The notes below the pieces were generated by a model, which was not told where the DNA came from, searched no databases, and was given only the letters and a program-made list of their open reading frames with translations. The position numbers were made by a program, and so were the translations under genes. 64,000 bases of DNA. Source: Firmicutes bacterium ADurb.Bin248 (GTDB taxonomy: Bacteria > Bacillota > Clostridia > Christensenellales > CAG-138). The stretch lies in contig MWBW01000002.1 of assembly GCA_002069725.1 (NCBI GenBank), positions 11,225 to 75,224 of the forward strand. Reading direction: 5' to 3'. Shown in pieces: positions 52,442 through 60,913 of the stretch (its first letter is position 1; every line of letters starts with the position of its first letter).

Positions 52442-52885
52442 TCATCGCTCAACTCGAAGCAGCCCGTCGATCTCCGATTCCCCGCAGACGCGGTATCCCG
52501 CCCCTTTGAGCGCGGCGGCCGCGAAGCCGTCCCCCTCGACGAGGCGGCCGGTGAACGTGCCGTCGTAGATTTTGCCCGCGCCGCAGGAAGGGCTTTTCTC
52601 CTTGAGCAGCGCGCAGTCGCATCGAAGAAGCCGCGCGAGCGCGAGCGCCTCCTCCGCGCCCCTTTGGAAATTTTCCGTCACGTCCCGCCCGCCGCGCGAC
52701 CAGACCCGCCCGTCCCGGATTTCCGAGGGCTCGCGCGGCGTCGTCAGGCCGCCGTACGCTTCCGGGCAGAAGGGGATAAGCTCATGCTTTTCCATGAGCC
52801 TCGCGACGGCTTCGTTTATGGGAATCCGCTTTGCGTCGTAGCGGCAGTTGACGCCCAGCAGGCAGGCGCTCACGAGTATGCGCAT
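52442..52885 (-). CDS. DUF523 family protein
   Basis: MRILVSACLLGVNCRYD.. with conserved Cys residues typical of DUF523 (YbbK-like). Confidence 0.8.
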   Translation of the reverse strand: MRILVSACLLGVNCRYDAKRIPINEAVARLMEKHELIPFCPEAYGGLTTPREPSEIRDGRVWSRGGRDVTENFQRGAEEALALARLLRCDCALLKEKSPSCGAGKIYDGTFTGRLVEGDGFAAAALKGAGYRVCGESEIDGLLRVER

Positions 52886-53029
52886 CGCATTTCCTCCGTA
52901 TCGAGATCGCGGTATTTAACCAAAATAATACCATGTCCGCGCGCGCCGGTAAACCCCGGAAAGCTTTACTTTTCGGCGTTCCCGGTCCATAATGGAGCCG
53001 AAAAGCATCCGCAGGAGGGAGGCGAGGTC

Positions 53030-54415
53030 ATGCCCATGCTCGCGGCGTTTGCCGTGCCGCACCCGCCCGTCATATTGCCCGGCGTCGGGCGGGGCGAGGA
53101 GAACAAGATACGCAAAACCGCCGAAGCCTACCGCAGGGCCATGCGGCGCGCGGCGGAGCTCAAGCCCGATATCGTCGTGCTCGCGAGCCCGCACGCGACG
53201 CTCTACGCGGACTACTTCCACGTATCCCCCGGCGCGAAGGCCGAGGGGAGCTTCGCGCGCTTCGGCGCGCCGCAGGTGAAGGTCGAGGCGGCGTACGACG
53301 AGGAATTCGCGCGCGCGCTCACGGCCGCATGCGCGCGGGAAGGCTTTCCCGCCGGGACGCTCGGCGAGCGCGAGAAGAAGCTCGACCACGGCACGATGAT
53401 CCCGCTCGTGTTTCTCGGCGAGTTCGCGGCGGATTACCGGCTCGTGCGCGTCGGCCTCTCGGGACTCTCCGCGACGGAGCACTACCGCTTCGGGCAAATC
53501 ATCGCCGGGACCGCGGACGCGCTTTCGCGAAGCGTTGTGTTCATCGCGAGCGGGGATCTCTCCCATAAGCTCGCCGAAGACGGGCCCTACGGCTTCGCGC
53601 CCGAAGGGCCGGAGTTCGACCGCCTCGTGACGCGGGCCATGGCGAACGGCGATTTCGAGGCGCTGCTCACGCTCGATCCCGAGCTGTGCGAGGAGGCGGG
53701 GGAGTGCGGGTTGCGTTCGCTCTGGATCATGGCGGGCGCGCTCGACCGGCAAAAGGTCGAAAGCGAGCTGCTCTGCTACGAGGGGCCCTTCGGCGTGGGC
53801 TACGCCGTGGCGGCCTTCATCCCCGCGGGCGCGGACGAAGCGCGCGACATCGGCGGGCGGGCTGCGCGCAAGGAAGCCGAAAAGCGCGCGGCGCGAAGGG
53901 CCGCGGAGGACGAATACGTCCGCCTCGCGCGGCGCGGCGTGGAAACCTTCGTCAAAACCGGCGAACGCGCGCGGTTGCCCGGGGGATTGCCCGGGGAATT
54001 ATCCGATGTCCGCGCGGGCGCGTTTGTGTCCATTAAAAAGGACGGCAGGCTCCGCGGCTGCATCGGCACCATAGAGCCCGTGCGCGAAAGCCTCGCCGAG
54101 GAGATACTGCGCAACGCCGTGTCCGCCGCGAGCGAGGACCCGCGCTTCGAGCCCGTCGGGGAAGATGAGCTCGATTCCCTCGTTTACAGCGTGGACGTGC
54201 TCGGCTCGCCCGAGCCGATTGCGAGCGAAGCCGAGCTCGACCCGAAACGCTACGGCGTCATCGTCGAGCGCGGGGCGCGGCGCGGGCTGCTGCTGCCGGA
54301 TCTCGCGGGCGTGGACACCGCGCGCGAGCAGGTGCGCATCGCAAAGCAGAAAGCCGGCATAGGCGAGGGCGAGAACGTGCGGCTCTACCGCTTCGAGGTG
54401 GTGAGGCATACTTGA
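53030..54415 (+). CDS. Fusion of a LigB-type (class III extradiol dioxygenase-like) domain with AMMECR1 (AmmeMemoRadiSam system protein A)
   Basis: N-terminus AFAVPHPPVILPG.., ..KLDHGTMIPLVFL (LigB-like). C-terminus ..GAFVSIKKDGRLRGCIGTIEP.. and ..RRGLLLPD.. (AMMECR1). ATG 53030 follows GGAGGGAGG. Confidence 0.8.
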   Translation: MPMLAAFAVPHPPVILPGVGRGEENKIRKTAEAYRRAMRRAAELKPDIVVLASPHATLYADYFHVSPGAKAEGSFARFGAPQVKVEAAYDEEFARALTAACAREGFPAGTLGEREKKLDHGTMIPLVFLGEFAADYRLVRVGLSGLSATEHYRFGQIIAGTADALSRSVVFIASGDLSHKLAEDGPYGFAPEGPEFDRLVTRAMANGDFEALLTLDPELCEEAGECGLRSLWIMAGALDRQKVESELLCYEGPFGVGYAVAAFIPAGADEARDIGGRAARKEAEKRAARRAAEDEYVRLARRGVETFVKTGERARLPGGLPGELSDVRAGAFVSIKKDGRLRGCIGTIEPVRESLAEEILRNAVSAASEDPRFEPVGEDELDSLVYSVDVLGSPEPIASEAELDPKRYGVIVERGARRGLLLPDLAGVDTAREQVRIAKQKAGIGEGENVRLYRFEVVRHT

Positions 54416-55236
54416 AGGCCGTGTGTCCCGTCTGCCCGCGCCGCTGCGCGCTCGGGGAAGGGCAGCCGGGCTTCTGCCGCGCGCGGAAAAACGAGGGCGG
54501 AGCCGTTGTGTGCGCGAACTACGGGCGCGTCACCTCGCTCGCGCTCGATCCCATCGAGAAGAAGCCCCTCGCGCGCTTCCATCCGGGCAGCTTTATCCTC
54601 TCCGCGGGCAGCTACGGCTGCAACCTTCGCTGTTCCTTCTGCCAGAACAGCGATATCTCCATGGCGGGCGGCGATGTCGGCTCGACCTATGTTTCGCCCG
54701 AGGCGCTCGTCGCCGCGGCCGCGCGCGAAAAGGCGCGCGGCAACATCGGCCTCGCGTTCACCTACAACGAGCCGCTCATCGGCTATGAATACGTTTACGA
54801 CTGCGCCCTGCTCGCGCACGAAGAAGGGCTCAAAATCGTGCTCGTGACCAACGGGACGGTCTGCGAGGAGCCTTTGTTAAAGCTGCTGCCCTTCGTGGAC
54901 GCGATGAACATTGACCTCAAGGCGTTCACGGAGGAAGCGTATCAAAAGCTCGGCGGCTGGCTCGACGTCGTGAAGCGGACGATTGAACGATCCGCGCAAG
55001 CCTGCCACGTCGAGGTCACGACGCTCGTCGTGCCGGGTTTCAACGATTCCGAGCGGGAAATGGAACGGGAGGCCGCGTGGCTCGCCTCTCTCGACCCGAA
55101 TATCCCGCTCCACATCAGCCGCTTTTTCCCGTGCTACAGGATGCGGGACGCGTCGCCCACGCCCGTGCCGGCCGTATACCGCCTGCGCGACATCGCGGCA
55201 AAAAAGCTGAATTACATTTATACGGGGAACTGTTGA
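54412..55236 (+). CDS. AmmeMemoRadiSam system radical SAM enzyme
   Basis: CPRRC...FC N-terminal Cys motif, radical SAM CNLRCSFCQN. The start overlaps the upstream stop (4-nt overlap). Confidence 0.85.
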   Translation: MKAVCPVCPRRCALGEGQPGFCRARKNEGGAVVCANYGRVTSLALDPIEKKPLARFHPGSFILSAGSYGCNLRCSFCQNSDISMAGGDVGSTYVSPEALVAAAAREKARGNIGLAFTYNEPLIGYEYVYDCALLAHEEGLKIVLVTNGTVCEEPLLKLLPFVDAMNIDLKAFTEEAYQKLGGWLDVVKRTIERSAQACHVEVTTLVVPGFNDSEREMEREAAWLASLDPNIPLHISRFFPCYRMRDASPTPVPAVYRLRDIAAKKLNYIYTGNC

Positions 55237-55350
55237 ATTTTGCGTTTCCGCTTGAAATCTCTCATTTGCCGCGCTATCTTATTATAGTATATATTATGTC
55301 GTCCATCGCCGCGCGCGCGGCGCGAGGTTCGCTTGATACGGAGGTTCTTG

Positions 55351-56502
55351 ATGACGAGAAGCATCGATCAGATCAACGAGAGGATCAGGTCCGGCGACGC
55401 CGTCGTGATGACGGCCGAGGAGGTCGTTTCCCTCGCGCGGGAAACGGGCGTGAAGGAAGCGGCAAAGCGCGTGGACGTCGTGACGACGGGCACTTTCGCC
55501 CCGATGTGCTCGAGCGGCGCGTTTTTGAACTTCGGCCACGCGGAACCGCTCATGCGCATGAGCCGCGTTTTGCTCAACGATGTTTTGGCCTACGCGGGGC
55601 TCGCCGCGGTGGACTGCTACATCGGCGCGACGGAGCTGAGCGAAAAGCAGGGCATGGCCTACGGCGGCGCGCATGTCATCGAGGATCTGATCGCCGGCAG
55701 ATCCGTGAAGCTCCGGGCCACGAGCTACGGCACGGACTGCTATCCGCGCCGCGAGATCGAAACCGAGGTCGCGCTCGAAGGGATGAACCAATGCTTCATG
55801 TTCAACCCGAGGAACGCCTACCAGAACTATTCCTGCGCGGCCAACACGTCGGGGCGCGTGATCAAAACCTATATGGGGACGCTGCTTCCGGGCTGCGCCA
55901 ACGCGACCTACTCGACCTCCGGCGAACTGAGCCCGCTTTTGAAGGACCCGGAGCTTCGCACCATAGGCATAGGCACGCGCGTGTTCTTCGGTGGCGCGCA
56001 AGGCTACGTCGCGTGGGAAGGGACGCAGTGCTTCCCCTCGATCATAAAGGATGCGGACGGCTTCGAGCACATCGGCGGCGCGACGCTCGCGCTCGTGGGC
56101 GACATGAAGAAAATGTCCCCGGCGTTCATCCGCGCCGCGGTCATGGACGGCTACGGCGTTTCGCTCTACGTCGGCGTGGGCATCCCCTTTCCCGTGCTCG
56201 ACGAGGACATGATGGCGCGCCTGGCCGCTTCCAACGAGGAACTGTATACCGAGGTTTACGATTATTCCGTGCCCGTGCGAAGCCGCCCCGTGCTCCGTTC
56301 CCGCGTGAGCTACGCGGAGCTTCGAAGCGGCTCCATGGAGCTTTTCGGCAAAAAGGTTCCCGCCGCGCCGCTCTCGAGCCTCAAAAAGGCGCGCGAGATC
56401 GCGGAGCTGCTCAAGGCGCGCGTGCGATCGGGCGAGTTCCTGCTGACGAGCCCCGTTTCCCCGCTGCCGCTGGATACCGCCAAGCGCAAACTGGAGGGCT
56501 GA
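55351..56502 (+). CDS. COG1900/DUF39 homocysteine biosynthesis protein
   Basis: ..DVVTTGTFAPMCSSGAFLNFGH.. is typical of DUF39. ATG 55351 lies 6 nt after GGAGG. Confidence 0.85.
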   Translation: MTRSIDQINERIRSGDAVVMTAEEVVSLARETGVKEAAKRVDVVTTGTFAPMCSSGAFLNFGHAEPLMRMSRVLLNDVLAYAGLAAVDCYIGATELSEKQGMAYGGAHVIEDLIAGRSVKLRATSYGTDCYPRREIETEVALEGMNQCFMFNPRNAYQNYSCAANTSGRVIKTYMGTLLPGCANATYSTSGELSPLLKDPELRTIGIGTRVFFGGAQGYVAWEGTQCFPSIIKDADGFEHIGGATLALVGDMKKMSPAFIRAAVMDGYGVSLYVGVGIPFPVLDEDMMARLAASNEELYTEVYDYSVPVRSRPVLRSRVSYAELRSGSMELFGKKVPAAPLSSLKKAREIAELLKARVRSGEFLLTSPVSPLPLDTAKRKLEG

Positions 56503-56503
56503 C

Positions 56504-56920
56504 ATGCAAAAATCGATCAAGGTGCGGCTCAGGTTCGACGCGCTTTCCGCGTCAAAGCCGATGATCTACTATCTCGCCAAGGATTACGGCATCGTCTTTT
56601 CGATCCTCCAGGCGGACATACGGCCCGGCGTGGGCGGGCGCACCATCATGGAGATGACGGGCGAGGAGGCGGACATCGAGCGCAGCCTCGCGTTCGCCAA
56701 AGATCAGGGCGTGGATGTGAAGATCCTCTCCAAGGCCGTCGTTTGGAACAACGAAACTTGCGTCCACTGCGGCGCGTGCACGGCGGTGTGCGTGCCCAAG
56801 GCGCTCTCGCTCGACCCCGGCACGGCGGAGCTGTGCTTCGACAACGCGGCCTGCGTCGTGTGCGAGATGTGCATAGGCGCCTGCCCGACCGGCTCCATAC
56901 GCGTGGACCTATACGAATGA
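56504..56920 (+). CDS. NIL domain / 4Fe-4S ferredoxin protein
   Basis: N-terminal NIL-like domain followed by two CxxCxxC..CP motifs (CVHCGACTAVCVP, CVVCEMCIGACP). Starts 1 nt after the upstream stop. Confidence 0.85.
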   Translation: MQKSIKVRLRFDALSASKPMIYYLAKDYGIVFSILQADIRPGVGGRTIMEMTGEEADIERSLAFAKDQGVDVKILSKAVVWNNETCVHCGACTAVCVPKALSLDPGTAELCFDNAACVVCEMCIGACPTGSIRVDLYE

Positions 56921-57651
56921 AAAGCGACCCTTACCTGGACAGGCGCGCCTACCGCGCGCTCCATCACGCGGCGGATCTCGCCTATTTCCGGGTCACTCTG
57001 CTGGAGAGCGACCTGCACATAGGCGCGTTTTGCCCGCTGCGGGGGCAGGCGCTGTCCGCGCTCGCCCAGGCGCGCACGGAAGTTGAGGCGGCGATCCGCG
57101 CGAACCCCGCGTTTCTCACCTCGCTCGAACCCGTTCCGCCGCGCGGCGGCGAAGCGCCGCTCGTGCGCGCTATGCTCAAGGCCGCCAAACGCGCCGGGGT
57201 CGGCCCCATGGCCGCCGTCGCGGGCGCGATCGCGGGCGCGGTCGGCCGCGCGCTTCTCGCGCACTCCTCCGAGGTCATCGTCGAAAACGGCGGCGATCTC
57301 TTTTTATGCGGCGTCCGGGAGCGCGTCGTGGCGGTGTTCGCAGGCGACAGCCCGCTTTCGGGTAAGCTCGGCGTCAGGCTGCGTCCGGGAAAGGGGCTCG
57401 GCGTGTGCACCTCCTCGGGCACGTTCGGCCACTCGCTCAGCCTTGGCCGCGCGGACGCCGCGCTCGTGGTTTCCCCCGACCCCGCGCTCGCGGACGCGGC
57501 GGCGACCAGGCTCGGCAACGCCATCCAGTCGGAGAACGACATCGCCCCCGCGCTCGAGGACGTGCTGCGCGTGCCCGGCGTGATCGGCGCGCTCGCAGTC
57601 GCGGGCGGAAAGGTCGGCGCCAAGGGCGAAATCGAGCTGACGGCGCTGTGA
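56917..57651 (+). CDS. UPF0280 / COG2122 (ApbE-like) family protein
   Basis: ATG 56917 overlaps the upstream TGA (ATGA). ..GPMAAVAGAIA.., ..IVENGGD.., ..GVCTSSGT.GHS.S.G.AD motifs. Confidence 0.7.
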   Translation: MKSDPYLDRRAYRALHHAADLAYFRVTLLESDLHIGAFCPLRGQALSALAQARTEVEAAIRANPAFLTSLEPVPPRGGEAPLVRAMLKAAKRAGVGPMAAVAGAIAGAVGRALLAHSSEVIVENGGDLFLCGVRERVVAVFAGDSPLSGKLGVRLRPGKGLGVCTSSGTFGHSLSLGRADAALVVSPDPALADAAATRLGNAIQSENDIAPALEDVLRVPGVIGALAVAGGKVGAKGEIELTAL

Positions 57652-57652
57652 A

Positions 57653-58789
57653 TCATCGATCCCCAATCAGTTTCAAAACAAGATATCCGAGCGGCAGCAG
57701 CAGCGCGAGCAGCGCGGCGTTCAGCGCCGTGAACAAGCGAAGGTATTTCCCGGTTTGCGCGCCCTCCGCGCGGGCATAGAGCTTGAGGGAGATGAGGCTC
57801 GCCAGCGACGCCACGGGCGTGCCGAGGCCGCCGATGTCCGCGCCAAGCAGCAGCGCGCGCCAGTTTTGCGTAAATCCCGAGAGCAATACGGCGGCCGGAA
57901 CGTTGCTTACGATCTGACTCGCTGCTGCGGAGGTCAAAAGCGCGTCCGCCTCGAGCGCGCCCGTGAGAAGATCGCGCACGGCGCTTATACGCGCGATGTT
58001 GCCGGAGAAGACGAAGAAGAAAACGAACGTCATCAGCAGACAATAATCGACCTTCGCGAGCGTTTTTCTTGAAAAGAGCAGGCAGTACAGCGCCGCCGCG
58101 GCCGTGGGCACGAGGTAATGCACCGCGCGGAACACCGCCAGCAAGCTCAGCGCGAACAGCGCGAGGAACATGAAAAGATGCTTTGGCGCGCGAAGATGCG
58201 CCTTTTGCTCAAAGACGACCTCGGCGGTTCCCCGGTCTGAAACGAGCGCGGCCGCGCCCACGGCCGCAAGGGAAACGAGCGTCACGGGCAGCACGAGGGC
58301 AAAAAAGCTCCCCGCGTCCGGCGCGTATTTGGCGAAGATGAACAGGTTCTGCGGGTTGCCTACGGGCGTCGCCATGCTGCCGAGGTTAGCGGCGACGGTC
58401 TGCAGCGCGACGATCCATGCCAGCAGCCTCTCGCGCCGCGTAAGCTTGAGCACGAGTATCGCGAACGGGACGAACGCGATGAGCGCCACGTCGTTCGTGA
58501 CGAACATCGAGGTGAAGAAAGGAAGCAGCACAAGCGTGAGCATGAGCGCGCGAAGGTTCATTTTGCCCGCGAGCAGCCTGTTGGCGACCACCCAGAACAG
58601 GTTGCATTCCTGCAGCCCGGCGACGATCGCCATCAGGCAGAAAAGCAGGCACAGCACGCGAAAATCAAGATAGGCGAGATATTCCCCGTCCGGCGGGACG
58701 AAGCACATCGAAATCGCGGCGCAAGCCGCCGCGACGCAGAGCACGGTTTCGCTCCGAAAGAAACCGCCGATCTTTCGTAACAAGTCCAT
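57653..58789 (-). CDS. ArsB/NhaD-superfamily anion permease (CitMHS/SLC13-like)
   Basis: 378 aa, about 10-11 TM helices. ..FFTSMFVTNDVALIAFVP.. motif. Confidence 0.7.
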   Translation of the reverse strand: MDLLRKIGGFFRSETVLCVAAACAAISMCFVPPDGEYLAYLDFRVLCLLFCLMAIVAGLQECNLFWVVANRLLAGKMNLRALMLTLVLLPFFTSMFVTNDVALIAFVPFAILVLKLTRRERLLAWIVALQTVAANLGSMATPVGNPQNLFIFAKYAPDAGSFFALVLPVTLVSLAAVGAAALVSDRGTAEVVFEQKAHLRAPKHLFMFLALFALSLLAVFRAVHYLVPTAAAALYCLLFSRKTLAKVDYCLLMTFVFFFVFSGNIARISAVRDLLTGALEADALLTSAAASQIVSNVPAAVLLSGFTQNWRALLLGADIGGLGTPVASLASLISLKLYARAEGAQTGKYLRLFTALNAALLALLLPLGYLVLKLIGDR

Positions 58790-58826
58790 CGTATCAAAAC
58801 CTCTGCCGGTTCAAATTGATCATCCG

Positions 58827-59681
58827 TCATTCCGCCTGCCCCGCGTAATCGCGCGGGGAAACGCCGTATTCGGCAACGAACGCCTTGTAGAAGCCCGAAT
58901 AATCCGAAAAGCCGCACAGCGAGGATACCTGCGCGAGCGGCATGCCCTCGAATATCAGGTTGCGCGCGCGGATCATGCGCTTTTGCATGAGCATCTGGAA
59001 TATGGTGACGCCCGTTTCCTTGCGGAATGTCCGCGCGAGGTAGTATTTCGAGAGATATACGCGCGCGGCGAGGTCGTCGAGGCAGACGGTCTCGGCGATG
59101 TGTTCGTCGAGGTAGGCCGAAACGCTTTCCACCAGCGCGCCGACGCTCGCGCCCGCGCGCGCGGGCAGGTGCCGCGCCTCGAGAAAATCCCGGTTGAGCT
59201 CGACGAGCAGGTCCGCAAGCTTCGCGCGGCAGAGCACGTCGCGGCCGAAGCCCCCGCCGTTGGTCGCCTCGAGCAGCGCGAAGAGTTTGCGCTCGAGCGC
59301 GGCGCGGCGCAGCTTCGCCGGACGGCTTAAATTATACTGCTCGCTCGTAAAGCAGCTTGAAAGGTCCGTTTCCGGCGTGGAGAGGCGCTCGACACAGCGG
59401 CGCGAAATCCAAAGCACGATCCGCTCGTAGGGCAGCTTCGCGGAGCTGATGAGCGGGCGGTGGAGCTGGTTGGGGCTGATGAGCAAAAGGTCGCCCGGGG
59501 TCACGGTGTAAGCCTGGTTGTCGATCTGATACGACACGCGGCCCGAGAGCAAGAAGTAGCACTCGAAGAAGTCGTGGAAGTGCAGCGAAACATGCAGCTC
59601 GCTGCTGTCCAGATAGTGATAGATCTCGTAATCCTCCCGCAGCATGTGCTGCCGGAGCTGGAATTCGTCCCGTCCGAGCAT
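58827..59681 (-). CDS. AraC-family transcriptional regulator (cupin plus HTH)
   Basis: N-terminal cupin-like sensor. C-terminal dual HTH ..YLARTFRKETGVTIFQMLMQKRMIRARNLI..CGFSDYSGFYKAFVAEYG. Confidence 0.9.
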   Translation of the reverse strand: MLGRDEFQLRQHMLREDYEIYHYLDSSELHVSLHFHDFFECYFLLSGRVSYQIDNQAYTVTPGDLLLISPNQLHRPLISSAKLPYERIVLWISRRCVERLSTPETDLSSCFTSEQYNLSRPAKLRRAALERKLFALLEATNGGGFGRDVLCRAKLADLLVELNRDFLEARHLPARAGASVGALVESVSAYLDEHIAETVCLDDLAARVYLSKYYLARTFRKETGVTIFQMLMQKRMIRARNLIFEGMPLAQVSSLCGFSDYSGFYKAFVAEYGVSPRDYAGQAE

Positions 59682-59717
59682 GGCCGCATACCCCCGCGCA
59701 CCATCATAGCACGACAG

Positions 59718-59752
59718 GGCAATCCTGGCAATGTCATCGGCAATTTCGGCAT
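59718..59752 (+). promoter_or_regulatory. Phased GGCAAT direct repeats (candidate AraC-type operator) upstream of a TATACT -10
   Basis: GGCAAT at 59718, 59727 and 59739, and GGCAT at 59748. The pairs are spaced 9 bp apart and the two pairs are offset by 21 bp. TATACT lies about 25 nt downstream. Confidence 0.4.
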
Positions 59753-59835
59753 GGAAGATTTACGCGATTTCATTTATACTGAAGTTGGGAAAAGCTGTAT
59801 GCGCGCGACTACACATCGATACGAGGTATGAAATC

Positions 59836-60903
59836 ATGGAAGGAAAAAAGAGATACGCCATCGCGAGCCCCACGAGCATGGGCGTGCGCATCACGCCGGA
59901 AAACCGGCAGGGCGTGCACACGTCGAGCCTCTACATGCTCCAGGCGACCAGCGCGGAAACCAACGTGCTCAACATCGCCTCCTCGCTCGGCCACGAGTGC
60001 CTCGCGCTCACCAAGTTCGTCGAGGGCAGCCCCGTGGCGCAGTTCATACAGAGCGCGCTTCGGGCGAGGAACATCCGCTGCGAAGGCAAATCCGTGCCGC
60101 AGGGCGGGCCGTGGGGCTACCGGCACCAGTTCAACATCGCGGATTCGGGCTTTGGCCTTCGCGGCCCGCGCGTGTGGAACGACCGCGCGGGCGAGGTCGG
60201 CCGCACGCTCTCGATCGGGGAGTTCGACATTCCCCGCATCTTCGGGGAGGAGGGCGTTTCAATCCTGCACATCTCGGGACTCATCGCCGCGCTCTCGCCC
60301 GAAACGGGCGAATTCTGCGCCGCGCTCGCCGGGGCCGCCAGGGAATACGGCACCGTCGTGAGCTTCGATCTCAACTATCGCGCCTCGTTCTGGAAGGGGC
60401 GCGAGGCGGAGCTCCGCCGCATTTTCGACGGCATCGCCTCCCTCGCGGACGTGCTCGTGGGCAACGAGGAGGATTTCCAGCTCGCGCTCGATCTTTCCGG
60501 CCCCGAGGCGGGCGGGGAGGGCCTCGGCGCGAAGATCGAAGGCTTCAAGGGCATGATCGCCGAGGCGAAGAAGCAATATCCGAACGCCAAATACTTCGCG
60601 ACGACGCTTCGCGAGGTGAAATCCGCAAACGAGCATCTCTGGGGCGCGCTGCTGCACGCGGACGGCCGGTGGTTCGTCGAGGACGCGCGGGAAATACCGG
60701 TGCTCGACCGCATCGGCGGCGGGGACGGCTTCACGGGCGGGCTGCTCTACGGCGTCTATCGCGGCTGGGAGCCCGAAAAATGCCTGCAGTTCGGCTGGGC
60801 GTGCGGCGCGCTGGCGGTGACGGAGCTCGCGGACTACGCGACTCCCGCCGACGAGGAACAGGTCTGGAGCATCCATAAAGGCAACGCGAGGGTTAAAAGA
60901 TAG
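59836..60903 (+). CDS. PfkB-family sugar(-acid) kinase (KdgK-like)
   Basis: 355 aa. ..DRIGGGDGFTGGLLYG.. (PfkB signature 2). ATG 59836 follows GAGGT. Confidence 0.8.
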   Translation: MEGKKRYAIASPTSMGVRITPENRQGVHTSSLYMLQATSAETNVLNIASSLGHECLALTKFVEGSPVAQFIQSALRARNIRCEGKSVPQGGPWGYRHQFNIADSGFGLRGPRVWNDRAGEVGRTLSIGEFDIPRIFGEEGVSILHISGLIAALSPETGEFCAALAGAAREYGTVVSFDLNYRASFWKGREAELRRIFDGIASLADVLVGNEEDFQLALDLSGPEAGGEGLGAKIEGFKGMIAEAKKQYPNAKYFATTLREVKSANEHLWGALLHADGRWFVEDAREIPVLDRIGGGDGFTGGLLYGVYRGWEPEKCLQFGWACGALAVTELADYATPADEEQVWSIHKGNARVKR

Positions 60904-60913
60904 GAGAAGTTCT

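Noticed and set aside
55237-55350. SAM or other methionine-related riboswitch upstream of the homocysteine-synthesis genes.
   Set aside because: I found no SAM-I, SAM-II or related conserved cores. Only a short CGCCGCG-CG-CGCGGCG hairpin and a duplicated GAGGTTC are present, and the region is too short and too featureless to call.
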